From the IMG/VR virus record IMGVR_UViG_2880949579_000002, positions 1,060 to 65,059 of that record: 64,000 nt of DNA; one strand, 5' to 3'. Source of the DNA: a virus (lineage: Duplodnaviria; Caudoviricetes). Under the pieces are notes generated by a model that did not search any database, was not told the DNA's origin, and saw only the letters and a list, made by a program, of their open reading frames with translations. The position numbers and the translations under genes are program-made. Of the stretch, positions 48,583 through 58,183 are shown piece after piece (position 1 is the first letter of the stretch; each line of letters begins with the position of its first letter).

Positions 48583-51108
48583 GTGGCATTAAAAACAATA
48601 TTAAATAAACAGACAGATTTTACGGGAGAGTTCCCGGTTGAGCATGCAAAATCTGGACTATGGCGATTTAATGATGTATCGGTAGATGAATATGGTTATC
48701 TTGCAGACTCTTCTGGATTAGACAGAAAAATAGAGCTTGTCAATTATCTAGGAACAACTGCAAGCCTTCAAAGCGGCCAAAAAGGGAGACAAATCCGAAT
48801 CAACATCAACAATCCCGCTACAGAAAAAACCTACCTTAAAGTGGCCAATGATGGTACTTTCTTTTCGGAGATGGGAGAGCGAATCCTTGTTGGCGGTTGG
48901 ATGATACCGACTACTTATTCGGTGGGAAATACCTATTGCCCCATATTAAATACTCGCTATGGTCCTGGTCAGCCTATCTTTTACCTGTCGCTCTTTGCAG
49001 GCAGACCTAGAATCATGCTTTATAACGCTAGTGGTTCTCTTATACTCGACCAAACAACCACACCGCCTTTTTCACTTATCAATGGTGGTGTGTATTTTAT
49101 TTGCATGGTCATAGAGCCAAACAATAAAAATGCATGGATTGTACTAGGAGATAGGACGAATGGAACGAGCTGGGTATCCCCGACCTATTCTTTTACAGGC
49201 TCACTAAATCCTTCTTGTACAGCCGACATCATTATGGGTATGCATGCAGATACTTACTGGTATGCTGGAAGATTTGATGACTGGTTTTTTGATATGGATT
49301 CAAGTCTTACAACGGATGATTTGATTGATTATTTCAATGGGTCTCTTTTGACTAACGGTGGTGATATGGGCGGTGCTGTTGATGCCCTTAGCGTACCGGG
49401 AGTCGTGAGTTTAAGGGAAACAGAAGGTGTCTATCCAACGGAAGGAACACTATATACGGCTCCGGCAACGTGCAATCTGTCTGGCACAGGTCGGGTCTCC
49501 GTTACCAGTGAATATATTTCTGGGGTAACTGCAGTTGGGCCGATAGAAACCTCAACAAGCGATGACCTTGTTCAATGGAGTGATTGGGCAGCCATCGCAC
49601 TTGATGGAAAACTTGTATCTCCAAATAAGGCATACATTCGTTTTAGGGTCACACTTAATACTGTAGATACGAGTAAGACCCCTCGAATCATTGATATCAG
49701 GCTTTATGATATTCCAAAATCCCCTTATGAGAGGATTGGTTTTGCAAGACCGGTCGTACTGGATTCGAATGGAGCATGGGAGGCTGTGTTAGAAAATGCC
49801 TATAACATTGTGGTAACAAGTGAAATTAATGGTGAAGATACGCTCTCCTTTATGATCCCCTACCGTGATACCAAGCGGGGATTTATTGATAGTGAAAAGA
49901 AAATTCAGATTGTTGATGACATCTATAAAGTAAGGACTTTAACAGATACAAAAGACAGTGAAGGAAATCTAGCGACTGAAGTGTATGCTGAGGCAGAGTT
50001 TTACGACCTGACTTTTTCAGTGCGAAAAGAAGAACATAAATTTGATGCAGAAACTGCTGAAGTCTCCATGGCTTATGCCTTAGAAGGAACAGAGTGGAGT
50101 GTAGGCACAGTCAATGTACGAACCAAAAGAACCTGGACGAGTACAGAAAAGAATGCACTATCCATCCTTCGTACGGTTGCAGACTTACATGGTGGAGACC
50201 TTGTCTTTGATTGTCCCAATCGGCTGGTCCATCTCTTAACGGTCTATGGTACGGATAGCGGTGCATTGTTTGCCTATAAGAAAAATATGAAGAGCATTAA
50301 AAGAGTCGTTGATACCAGAAGTCTTGTAACAAGGCTCTATGCCATTGGTAACGATGGTCTTACTTTTGCAGACATCAATGGAGGAAAGGCATATGTGGAG
50401 GACTATACTTATTCGTCTGATATTCGAATATCAACACTTGATTGTTCTTCCTTTACCAATCCCTATCAGATGAAAGAATATACCGAGATGAGGCTTGCTC
50501 AGTATGCAAAGCCAAACATCTCTTATGTTTTAAATGCAATGGATTTATCAGTATTAACGGGTTATGAGCATGAAGCATGGTCACTTGGCGATTACGTTCA
50601 TGTAGAAGATAAGGATTTAGGGCTGTCGGTAACCACTCGAGTCATACGAAGAGAATATAACTTACAAGAACCATGGAATACGGTACTCGAACTATCCACT
50701 ACCCTTAAAAATCTGGGCAGTTCTGCAAGCCAGTGGGACAATGTAGCAGATTCTCTTGAAGGCACAAGTATGGTTACAAACAATGATATCCGTGAAATGG
50801 TGCCATTTAATTTATTGCGAAATTCTCGTGGTGATGATGCGATGGCTTATTGGGTTAACTCAGGCTTTGAAGTAGATGGTGATAACGGTGTGAGCGGTAC
50901 TGCATCGTTTAAAGCAATGGGTGTAGAAAATATGACAAAGAGCATGGCTCAGACCATCTATCCAGCGAATCGTTCTAGCTACACGCTCTCGGCACAAATC
51001 GCATCTGAAAACCTTGAAAAGCTGAGTAGCGACTCACAGGTTGGCATTGAAGTGGTTATTGAATATGAAGATGGAACAACAGAAACAAGATTTATTGATT
51101 TGTATTAA
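48583..51108 (+). CDS. Tal-like tail/baseplate protein with N-terminal lectin-like domain
   Basis: EINGEDTLSF, KNMKSIKR..VTRLY, SLGDYV prophage-endopeptidase-type motifs. Confidence 0.8.
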   Translation: MALKTILNKQTDFTGEFPVEHAKSGLWRFNDVSVDEYGYLADSSGLDRKIELVNYLGTTASLQSGQKGRQIRININNPATEKTYLKVANDGTFFSEMGERILVGGWMIPTTYSVGNTYCPILNTRYGPGQPIFYLSLFAGRPRIMLYNASGSLILDQTTTPPFSLINGGVYFICMVIEPNNKNAWIVLGDRTNGTSWVSPTYSFTGSLNPSCTADIIMGMHADTYWYAGRFDDWFFDMDSSLTTDDLIDYFNGSLLTNGGDMGGAVDALSVPGVVSLRETEGVYPTEGTLYTAPATCNLSGTGRVSVTSEYISGVTAVGPIETSTSDDLVQWSDWAAIALDGKLVSPNKAYIRFRVTLNTVDTSKTPRIIDIRLYDIPKSPYERIGFARPVVLDSNGAWEAVLENAYNIVVTSEINGEDTLSFMIPYRDTKRGFIDSEKKIQIVDDIYKVRTLTDTKDSEGNLATEVYAEAEFYDLTFSVRKEEHKFDAETAEVSMAYALEGTEWSVGTVNVRTKRTWTSTEKNALSILRTVADLHGGDLVFDCPNRLVHLLTVYGTDSGALFAYKKNMKSIKRVVDTRSLVTRLYAIGNDGLTFADINGGKAYVEDYTYSSDIRISTLDCSSFTNPYQMKEYTEMRLAQYAKPNISYVLNAMDLSVLTGYEHEAWSLGDYVHVEDKDLGLSVTTRVIRREYNLQEPWNTVLELSTTLKNLGSSASQWDNVADSLEGTSMVTNNDIREMVPFNLLRNSRGDDAMAYWVNSGFEVDGDNGVSGTASFKAMGVENMTKSMAQTIYPANRSSYTLSAQIASENLEKLSSDSQVGIEVVIEYEDGTTETRFIDLY

Positions 51109-51120
51109 GGAGGTGGATTC

Positions 51121-51318
51121 ATGGCCTATTTTTCAAGAACATCAGAAAAGATACTTCCAGAAAGCTATTCCTCAAAAGTAAAATCCATCACCATCCGTGT
51201 CTGTGTCACAAATTGCACAGGCACTTTTTATATTACGGATCTCTTTTTACAGGCAGGCTCAGTGGTCACGGGATGGGTAGGTCATCCCTGTGAAATAAGG
51301 TGGACGTTAGATGGCTAA
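51121..51318 (+). CDS. Small tail-associated protein
   Basis: AGGAGG RBS; in frame with the upstream gene across one TAA. Confidence 0.65.
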   Translation: MAYFSRTSEKILPESYSSKVKSITIRVCVTNCTGTFYITDLFLQAGSVVTGWVGHPCEIRWTLDG

Positions 51319-51895
51319 GGTTAAATTTATAAGGTTAGCGGAAGTCATAAATAAAAAACAAGATAAGCGTGTCATGAGTGTAAGCATAAAACCTACCCTC
51401 TATGATTGCACTGGCATGATTTGGTTTACGGACATCCAATTACAAGAAGGACCTGTTCTAAATGGTTATGTGCCTCATACAGAAAGCAGGTTAGAAAAAC
51501 TAAAGGAAGATGGCAGTATCAAGAATCCTGTTTGGTTTAACGGTGTGGTCCGTTCAGAGGAAACCATTATTTTATTTAATGTCGGTGAAACCTCCGCAGG
51601 ACTTGATGTTCATATCTATCCAAAGCTTTCTATGTCTGCTGGAACAGTGAAACTAAGCCAAGGTATAGGAGGGCAACAGGTCTCCTTCCCTAGAGAAATT
51701 GAAAAAGATGCTGATTTGGCACTCTTAGCATCCACGCGAACTTGTACCAAAAACGGAGCAAGCGAACCCAAAGAGGGGTTCTATCAATACAGTGCTGCCT
51801 GGGACTCAAAGCATAAAGTGACCCTTGAAAAAGGGAAATCTGCAAGGGTGCTGTTTACCATGCAGGAAATGCAAGACGGAGGTGAACCATTCTAA
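51311..51895 (+). CDS. Tail-associated protein
   Basis: Coupled ORF; N-terminus similar to the 51121 ORF. Confidence 0.7.
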   Translation: MAKVKFIRLAEVINKKQDKRVMSVSIKPTLYDCTGMIWFTDIQLQEGPVLNGYVPHTESRLEKLKEDGSIKNPVWFNGVVRSEETIILFNVGETSAGLDVHIYPKLSMSAGTVKLSQGIGGQQVSFPREIEKDADLALLASTRTCTKNGASEPKEGFYQYSAAWDSKHKVTLEKGKSARVLFTMQEMQDGGEPF

Positions 51896-54363
51896 TGGAA
51901 CGACTAAAAGGCAAGAAAATCATGGTGTGGACTTTTATGGGAAATGCACGAATGTATGAAGCTTTAGAGAAATATGGAGACCGGATTGATACCATCGGTC
52001 TTTTTTCTTTTAAAGTACGAGCTACCGGGGAGATTGTTGAGAGTGGTGTCACCATCAGCAGTATGCTCCCCTACATCAACCGTTATCGTCACATCAAATG
52101 GCTACTGACCATTGCCAATGATGGTGCAAATAGTATTTTCAGAGCATTGAGAGATAACACGAATGGCGCTCAGGAACTGTTTCTATCCGAGCTTATTCGT
52201 ATTATGAAAAAGTATCCGTGGTGTGATGGCATTGATATTGACCTAGAAAGAGGCGATGACTATTCCACTCATGCTGAGTCAACCGCCATGTTTAAAAATA
52301 TTTACAACACCATCAAAGCCTATGATTCAAGTAAACTGATGAACATTTGCCTTCCAGGTATGACCAGTGTCAATGGTTCAGTAGGTGGTGAGAACTGGTG
52401 TGTTTACGGAGACTTAGACCCTTATTGCGATACCGCATCAATTATGAGTTATGGTATGGCTTGGTCAGGTTCTGCACCGGGACCTGTATCTCCAAGGAGC
52501 TGGCTTGAAGGGATTTATGATTATGCCGTTACAGTGATGAATCCCGATAAGATTTTCTTTGGGATGCCTGCTTATGGCTGGAACTGGCAAATCTTTGATA
52601 CACCAGAAAACCTAGGAAAAGTCTACCGAGGAACGTCCCATACCTACTATGCGGCAAAATACTGGATGACAGGAGTCTATAATTTCACAGACGATGCGCC
52701 TCCTCAACCGTTTATTCCCATCGTGGCTTATTGGGATGATGAGAATAAAGTGCCTTGGGCATTGCCTCATGTCTACGATTATATGGAAGGAAGAGATGCC
52801 ACTCGCTATAGCTATCCACTCTTATCTGCAAGCTACAATGGCAGACAATATCTGACGGCCTATGGCAAACAACAAAAGACAGCCTTTGGCACTGTTTATG
52901 TGGATCATGATGCCATGCCGGATAGTTATTCTGGTGTTGTTTCTGTTTCTAATAGCGTCACAACACTGGGGGATGAAGGTGCGGCAACCTATCATTTTAC
53001 GCTTGCTCAGGCAGGTACTTATGATGTAGCAGTAGAGCTAGGCTTTCCCTTTTGGGATAAGAATAGTATTCATATCTCCCTTGATGGAAATGAAGTAGAT
53101 TTTTCTGAAAACAGACTGTGGTGGCCTTATTGGAGAACGACTTTCTGGACGGTACTGAAAAAAGGAGTGAACCTTTCTGCAGGAACACATACCATCACTA
53201 TTTCGCTTGGGGTAAAGGGCGTACAGTTTTATGGATTTAGAGTCTGTTCTTCATTTTTTGAGGGGCCAACAGTTGGTGAAGCAGAATATACCCTTGCTCC
53301 TAGACATTTCAAAGATATAAACGGAGATATGGTCGGGCCTGCAACAGGTTTTAAGTTGACATTCGAGATGCTTAGAAGAAAAGCAGATTCAGCCCTTGTG
53401 TGGTATGAGGATTTTAGAGATGAGAACCCTCTTCCCCAAAGCTACTGGACAACCTTATCGGGTGAATGGAGTGTTTGGCAAGATACAAGCAGTTCGATGA
53501 ATAGACCCTATTCCCAACTGGAGGGTAAGGGACAGTTAGCATGGAACTACAACAATTTTTCAGATATCCACTTAAGGGCGCAGATTATTTTTCCTGAAAC
53601 CTTTAGTGGCAAGGCAGGTGTTTTTATTGGAACGATTTATTGTTGCTTTAATTATGATAACCAGCGCATTGAACTGTATGAAAGTTCTACTTTAAAAGGT
53701 AGTTATGCCACCAGCTTTTCAAAAACATCGGCCGCAAACATTCGATCGAATCCAAGCTTTTATACTCTAGAAATTCGAAAGCGTGGCAATCAAGTGCGGG
53801 TCTATTCCTCTGCATCCAATACACTGCGCTTTACAGCCACTTGCTCGGATGTGACAGGGTATGCAGGTATTCGTTCGGATAATAAAGTCCATTGCCAGTT
53901 GCTTCGCTTAGGCGATGCCTGGACCTATGAGCCTTATGAACGCTTTGACGTGCTTATGCCAGATGGAACATTTAAAACTTATGGTCGGCTATCAAGAAGT
54001 AACTGTTCTTGGGATGATGAGTTTCAAGTGTTTACTTTAACAGCAGACATTGAAGAATCAGCCACAAGAAGTGAAAGCATCTCCCTTGATTATGACTTCT
54101 TTCATTCAGATATGATGCCATCCATTCAGTGTGGAAATGACTATAGTGTCACCATTATTCCGAGGGATATTAACATCTGGATATCTCGTCTTTTCTTAGG
54201 TGATGGAGATGGATTTTCCATTCTCTATTATCAGGATGTGGATAGCCTTGTGTACTGGGCAAATGAAGCAGCTTATCGGTGGAAACTTCGAGGCATGTGT
54301 ATGTGGTCACTAGGGCAAGAGGATTTAAGACTCTGGGAGTGGCTACCAAAACAAATAGAGTAA
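51895..54363 (+). CDS. Tail-associated glycoside hydrolase family 18 protein
   Basis: DGIDIDLE (DxxDxDxE), IMSY, GMPAYG, C-terminal WSLGQED. Confidence 0.85.
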   Translation: MERLKGKKIMVWTFMGNARMYEALEKYGDRIDTIGLFSFKVRATGEIVESGVTISSMLPYINRYRHIKWLLTIANDGANSIFRALRDNTNGAQELFLSELIRIMKKYPWCDGIDIDLERGDDYSTHAESTAMFKNIYNTIKAYDSSKLMNICLPGMTSVNGSVGGENWCVYGDLDPYCDTASIMSYGMAWSGSAPGPVSPRSWLEGIYDYAVTVMNPDKIFFGMPAYGWNWQIFDTPENLGKVYRGTSHTYYAAKYWMTGVYNFTDDAPPQPFIPIVAYWDDENKVPWALPHVYDYMEGRDATRYSYPLLSASYNGRQYLTAYGKQQKTAFGTVYVDHDAMPDSYSGVVSVSNSVTTLGDEGAATYHFTLAQAGTYDVAVELGFPFWDKNSIHISLDGNEVDFSENRLWWPYWRTTFWTVLKKGVNLSAGTHTITISLGVKGVQFYGFRVCSSFFEGPTVGEAEYTLAPRHFKDINGDMVGPATGFKLTFEMLRRKADSALVWYEDFRDENPLPQSYWTTLSGEWSVWQDTSSSMNRPYSQLEGKGQLAWNYNNFSDIHLRAQIIFPETFSGKAGVFIGTIYCCFNYDNQRIELYESSTLKGSYATSFSKTSAANIRSNPSFYTLEIRKRGNQVRVYSSASNTLRFTATCSDVTGYAGIRSDNKVHCQLLRLGDAWTYEPYERFDVLMPDGTFKTYGRLSRSNCSWDDEFQVFTLTADIEESATRSESISLDYDFFHSDMMPSIQCGNDYSVTIIPRDINIWISRLFLGDGDGFSILYYQDVDSLVYWANEAAYRWKLRGMCMWSLGQEDLRLWEWLPKQIE

Positions 54364-54367
54364 TCAA

Positions 54368-54398
54368 AGGAACATCTGCAAAAGTAGGTGTTCTTTTT
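54368..54398 (+). terminator. Intrinsic terminator
   Basis: GGAACATCTGC-AAAA-GTAGGTGTTCT-TTTT. Confidence 0.7.
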
Positions 54399-54423
54399 AT
54401 TTCAACAAAAGGAGGAATTTTAA

Positions 54424-54834
54424 ATGAAAGAAATATGGAACTGGATCCAAATTGTGATAACAGCAATCGGTGGATTCTTCGGATGGTTTTTAGGAGGGGC
54501 AGACGGTTTCCTATATGCACTACTAGTCTTTGTAGTCATCGACTATCTAACAGGTGTCTTATGTGCAATCGCTGATAAGACCCTATCAAGTGAAGTGGGA
54601 TTTATCGGAATCAGCCGTAAAGTGCTGATTTTTGTTTTAGTGGGTGTGGCCAATATTTTAGATGTCTATGTGATTGGTGATGGGAGCGTACTAAGAACAG
54701 CGATTGTTTTCTTCTATCTATCAAATGAGGGAATTTCGCTGTTAGAAAATTCAGCTCATCTTGGACTACCTATCCCAGAAAAATTAAAAGATGTATTAGA
54801 ACAGCTCCATAACAAGAGCGACAAGGAGGAATAA
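54424..54834 (+). CDS. Holin (phage holin 4/TcdE-like)
   Basis: TM segments, IDYLTG, NEGISLLEN, GLPIP. Confidence 0.9.
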   Translation: MKEIWNWIQIVITAIGGFFGWFLGGADGFLYALLVFVVIDYLTGVLCAIADKTLSSEVGFIGISRKVLIFVLVGVANILDVYVIGDGSVLRTAIVFFYLSNEGISLLENSAHLGLPIPEKLKDVLEQLHNKSDKEE

Positions 54835-54836
54835 TC

Positions 54837-55775
54837 ATGAGAACTAAAGGAATCGATATCAGCACGTGGCAAAAACCAAGTCAGATTAACTATGACCAGC
54901 TTGCAAAAGAGGTTGATTTTGTCATCCTCCGAGCAGGATATACGGGCCACGGTACAGGAGTAAGTTTGCACAAGGATGATGCCTTTGAACAATACTACAA
55001 AGCCTTTCACGAGAGAGGTATTCCTATCGGTGTTTACTGGTACAGCTGTGCCAATACCAAAACCAAGGGCATAGCAGAAGCGAAGAAATGCCTAGAAATT
55101 ATCAAAGGCAAGACCATCTCTTATCCCGTATTTATTGATACAGAGGATAATTATCATCAACGACCAAGTGGCAAGAAAGCCATTACCGATGCGTTGGTAG
55201 GCTTTTGTGAAACCGTAGAAAGTGCTGGATATTACGCCGGTATCTATGCATCTAGTTCTTGGTTTCAAGATTTAACAGAACTGGATCGGCTAGCACCTTA
55301 TGATTTCTGGGTTGCACAGTGGTCCAGTAAAGAACCGACTCTTCGTCATGGTATCTGGCAGTATACAAGCAAAGGTAAATTGAATGGTTACTCAGGTAAT
55401 TTGGATATGAACTATGCTTTTAAAGATTACAAAGCGATTATCCGAAGTGCAGGGCTTAATCATCTTGGCATAGAAGAAAACGTACCTGCTCCTACAGAAA
55501 AGAAATCGGTTGAGACGCTGGCCAAGGAAGTCATTCAAGGGTTATGGGGTAATGGTGAAGAACGAAAGAAACGTTTAACAGATTCAGGCTATGATTATGC
55601 GGCGGTGCAGTCAAAGGTCAATGATCTGCTATCTAGTAAGAAGTCGATCGATACCATCGCAAAGGAAGTCATTCGTGGCGATTGGGGTAACGGACAAGAA
55701 AGAAAAAACAAACTTACCAAAGCCGGTTATGACTACATTTCGGTACAAAAAAGGGTCAATGAACTCTTGAAATAA
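54837..55775 (+). CDS. Endolysin: GH25 muramidase with two Cpl-7 (CW_7) cell-wall-binding repeats
   Basis: GIDISTWQ, IDTED, WQYTS; twice AKEVI.G.WGNG.ERK..L...GYDY..VQ. Confidence 0.92.
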   Translation: MRTKGIDISTWQKPSQINYDQLAKEVDFVILRAGYTGHGTGVSLHKDDAFEQYYKAFHERGIPIGVYWYSCANTKTKGIAEAKKCLEIIKGKTISYPVFIDTEDNYHQRPSGKKAITDALVGFCETVESAGYYAGIYASSSWFQDLTELDRLAPYDFWVAQWSSKEPTLRHGIWQYTSKGKLNGYSGNLDMNYAFKDYKAIIRSAGLNHLGIEENVPAPTEKKSVETLAKEVIQGLWGNGEERKKRLTDSGYDYAAVQSKVNDLLSSKKSIDTIAKEVIRGDWGNGQERKNKLTKAGYDYISVQKRVNELLK

Positions 55776-55782
55776 CAGTAAT

Positions 55783-55831
55783 CAAGAAAGCCTATCAAGG
55801 AGTGTTTCTCTTTGGTAGGCTTTCTTTTTTT
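55783..55831 (+). terminator. Intrinsic terminator after the lysin
   Basis: AAGAAAGCCTATCAA...TTGGTAGGCTTTCTT-TTTT. Confidence 0.8.
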
Positions 55832-55839
55832 CTAAACCG

Positions 55840-55873
55840 TCAGATTCTATCACCTCCCGTGGCTACTAGGTAG
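55840..55873 (+). promoter_or_regulatory. Bipartite motif copy 2
   Basis: TCAGATT-CTATCACCTCCCGT-GGCTACTAGGTAG directly after the terminator. Confidence 0.75.
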
Positions 55874-55914
55874 AGGGCAAGAAATAAATCGCCCTTTGGA
55901 AAGAGGTGATGGAT

Positions 55915-56133
55915 ATGAAACACAATCTAAAAATCAGTGTTTCTAAGAAACCACAGACAGGCGGACTTGTTACCTACCGTAATGTGTCCGTAAGGGAACG
56001 AATTCTTCGCTTTCTTTTAGGGAGTAAACAGCGTGTAACGATTGTGATTCCTGGAGATAGCATCGAGGAACTCTCTATCTGTGAAATGACGAAAGGAGGA
56101 ACTGACCTTGAGCAAAATAAAGTTACTGCTTGA
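55915..56133 (+). CDS. Phage hypothetical protein
   Basis: GAGGTG RBS; first gene of the polymerase module. Confidence 0.65.
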   Translation: MKHNLKISVSKKPQTGGLVTYRNVSVRERILRFLLGSKQRVTIVIPGDSIEELSICEMTKGGTDLEQNKVTA

Positions 56134-56425
56134 AGTGGTCAATGATATGCGAAGTCTTGCTGACAGCATACAGGCGGTTTGCGATGTAATGACAGAAGGA
56201 AGTCCTGCTCCAAGTGCAAAAGCTGCAACTGAACAAGAACCAGTAAAAGAGCCAGATATCCCACTTGAAAAAGTGCGTATGGTACTTGCTGAAAAGAGCC
56301 AACTTGGATTTACCGCCGAAGTGCGAGGACTCATTCAGAAGTATGGTGCAGACAAGTTAAGTGCTGTTGATAAGACTTATTATGCTGACATCTTGAAAGA
56401 TGCGGAGGGTCTTGGAAATGGGTAA
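56108..56425 (+). CDS. Phage replication-module hypothetical protein
   Basis: AGGAGG RBS; LEKVR..KYGADKLS. Confidence 0.7.
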   Translation: MSKIKLLLEVVNDMRSLADSIQAVCDVMTEGSPAPSAKAATEQEPVKEPDIPLEKVRMVLAEKSQLGFTAEVRGLIQKYGADKLSAVDKTYYADILKDAEGLGNG

Positions 56426-57554
56426 TCATGCAATATTATCTGCATCTTCATCCCACAGGTGGCTTAACTGCCTACCCTCTGCAAGACTTGAACTGGAGTT
56501 TGAAGACCAAAGTGGTGAGGCAGCAAAAGAAGGCACAGCGGCTCATGACCTGTGTGAACACAAACTAAAAAAGGCACTTCATATGAGAAGTCAGCGACCT
56601 ATCTCTGAGTATAACTCTGATGAGATGGAGGAATATACAGATGCTTACGTGGACTTTGTTATGGAGCAGGTGGAACTTGCAAAAACAAAATGCAAGGATC
56701 CAATCGTTCTTATCGAACAGCATCTTGATTTTTCATGCTATGTGCCAGACGGCTTTGGAACAGGAGATTGTGTGATTATCGCGGATGACAGACTTCACAT
56801 CGTAGACTTTAAGTATGGGCTGGGTGTGCTAGTTGATGCAGTGGACAATCCACAGATGAAGCTCTATGCCCTAGGAGCACTTGGGATCTATGATCACCTG
56901 TACGACATTAAAGAAGTGTCTATGACGATCTTTCAGCCTAGAAGAGAGAATGTCAGCACCTGGACAATACCGGTGGAAGAACTAAAAGACTGGGCTGAAG
57001 AGGAACTAAAGCCTAGAGCTGACAAGGCCTTCAACGGTGAGGGTGAATACATCCCCGGTCCATGGTGTACTTTCTGTAAAGCGGCAAACAAATGTAGGGC
57101 CAGAGCCGAAGAAAAGCTAAAACTTGCAGAGAAAGAATTCAAGATGCCGCCACTACTAACGGACACAGAAATAGAAGAAATCTTACTTATTCTTCCCGAC
57201 CTTAGCAAATGGGCAAATGAAATAACTGCCTATGCCACTGATGCAGCAGTCAATCACGGTAAAGAGTGGAATGGTTTTAAAGTTGTGGAAGGTCGCTCGG
57301 TTCGTAAGTATAAAGATGAAGAAGCCATCGCAGAAAAAGCCGTGGCAGGTGGATATAAAGACATTTATAGAAAGAGCCTTATTCCACTGACAGAGATGCA
57401 AAAACTAATGGGCAAATCCAAGTTTGAGGAACTCCTCGGTGACCTCATTTACAAACCACCGGGTAAGCCGACTCTTGTTCAAAACTCAGATAAAAGACCG
57501 GCTATGAATGTAGCGGATGCTAAAAACGAATTTAACGAAATTATGGAGGATTAA
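56418..57554 (+). CDS. DUF2800 PD-(D/E)XK (Cas4-like) exonuclease
   Basis: HAILSASSSHRWLNC, EGTAAH, FGTGD, DFKYG, Q..LYALG, C.FC...C. Confidence 0.85.
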   Translation: MGNHAILSASSSHRWLNCLPSARLELEFEDQSGEAAKEGTAAHDLCEHKLKKALHMRSQRPISEYNSDEMEEYTDAYVDFVMEQVELAKTKCKDPIVLIEQHLDFSCYVPDGFGTGDCVIIADDRLHIVDFKYGLGVLVDAVDNPQMKLYALGALGIYDHLYDIKEVSMTIFQPRRENVSTWTIPVEELKDWAEEELKPRADKAFNGEGEYIPGPWCTFCKAANKCRARAEEKLKLAEKEFKMPPLLTDTEIEEILLILPDLSKWANEITAYATDAAVNHGKEWNGFKVVEGRSVRKYKDEEAIAEKAVAGGYKDIYRKSLIPLTEMQKLMGKSKFEELLGDLIYKPPGKPTLVQNSDKRPAMNVADAKNEFNEIMED

Positions 57555-57559
57555 ATATT

Positions 57560-58111
57560 ATGGCAAATATGCAAAACAAAACAAAAGTTATCACAGGTGT
57601 AAACTCAAGATTTTCTTACTTCCACGGTTGGGAGCCTGTATCTATTAATGGTGGTGCAGAAAAATACAGTGTATCTGTCCTTATTCCAAAGGATGATAAG
57701 GAAACTATTAATGCCATCCATGCAGCGGTTGATGCTGCCATTGAGGAAGGTATCGCAAAGTTTGGTGGTAAGAAACCCAATAAGGCAGCCATTAAACTAC
57801 CGTTGCGTGATGGAGATGTAGAGCGTGATGACGAGGCTTATAAAGGCCATTACTTCATCAATGCGAATAGCAAAACAGCACCGCAGATTGTAGACAAAAG
57901 TGTTAAGCCGATACTGGATCGTAGTGAGGTGTACAGCGGTTGTTACGGCAGGGTTTCACTCAACTTCTATGCCTTCAACTCAAATGGTAATAAAGGTGTA
58001 GCTTGTGGTCTTGGTAACATTCAAAAAATTAGAGACGGAGAACCTCTAGGTGGTAAGTCTTCTGCAGTAGATGATTTTACGACTCTTGTCGATGATGACT
58101 TCCTTGCCTAA
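57560..58111 (+). CDS. DUF2815 single-stranded DNA-binding protein (T7 gp2.5-like)
   Basis: KYSV..LIPK, PLRDGD, YSGCY, GL.NIQ, acidic DDDFL tail. Confidence 0.88.
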   Translation: MANMQNKTKVITGVNSRFSYFHGWEPVSINGGAEKYSVSVLIPKDDKETINAIHAAVDAAIEEGIAKFGGKKPNKAAIKLPLRDGDVERDDEAYKGHYFINANSKTAPQIVDKSVKPILDRSEVYSGCYGRVSLNFYAFNSNGNKGVACGLGNIQKIRDGEPLGGKSSAVDDFTTLVDDDFLA

Positions 58112-58130
58112 AAGGAATAGTAAACTTGAC

Positions 58131-58163
58131 GGTGGTGGAGGTCTTCCCTCTGCCACCTTTTTT
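58131..58163 (+). terminator. Terminator/attenuator between the SSB and polymerase genes
   Basis: GGTGGTGGAGG...CCTCTGCCACC-TTTTTT. Confidence 0.7.
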
Positions 58164-58183
58164 CATTTAGGAAGGAGACCACT

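Noticed and set aside
56418-57554. Cas4-like gene as evidence of CRISPR adaptation
   Set aside because: Standard DUF2800 exonuclease in a phage SSB/PolA module; no array or other cas genes
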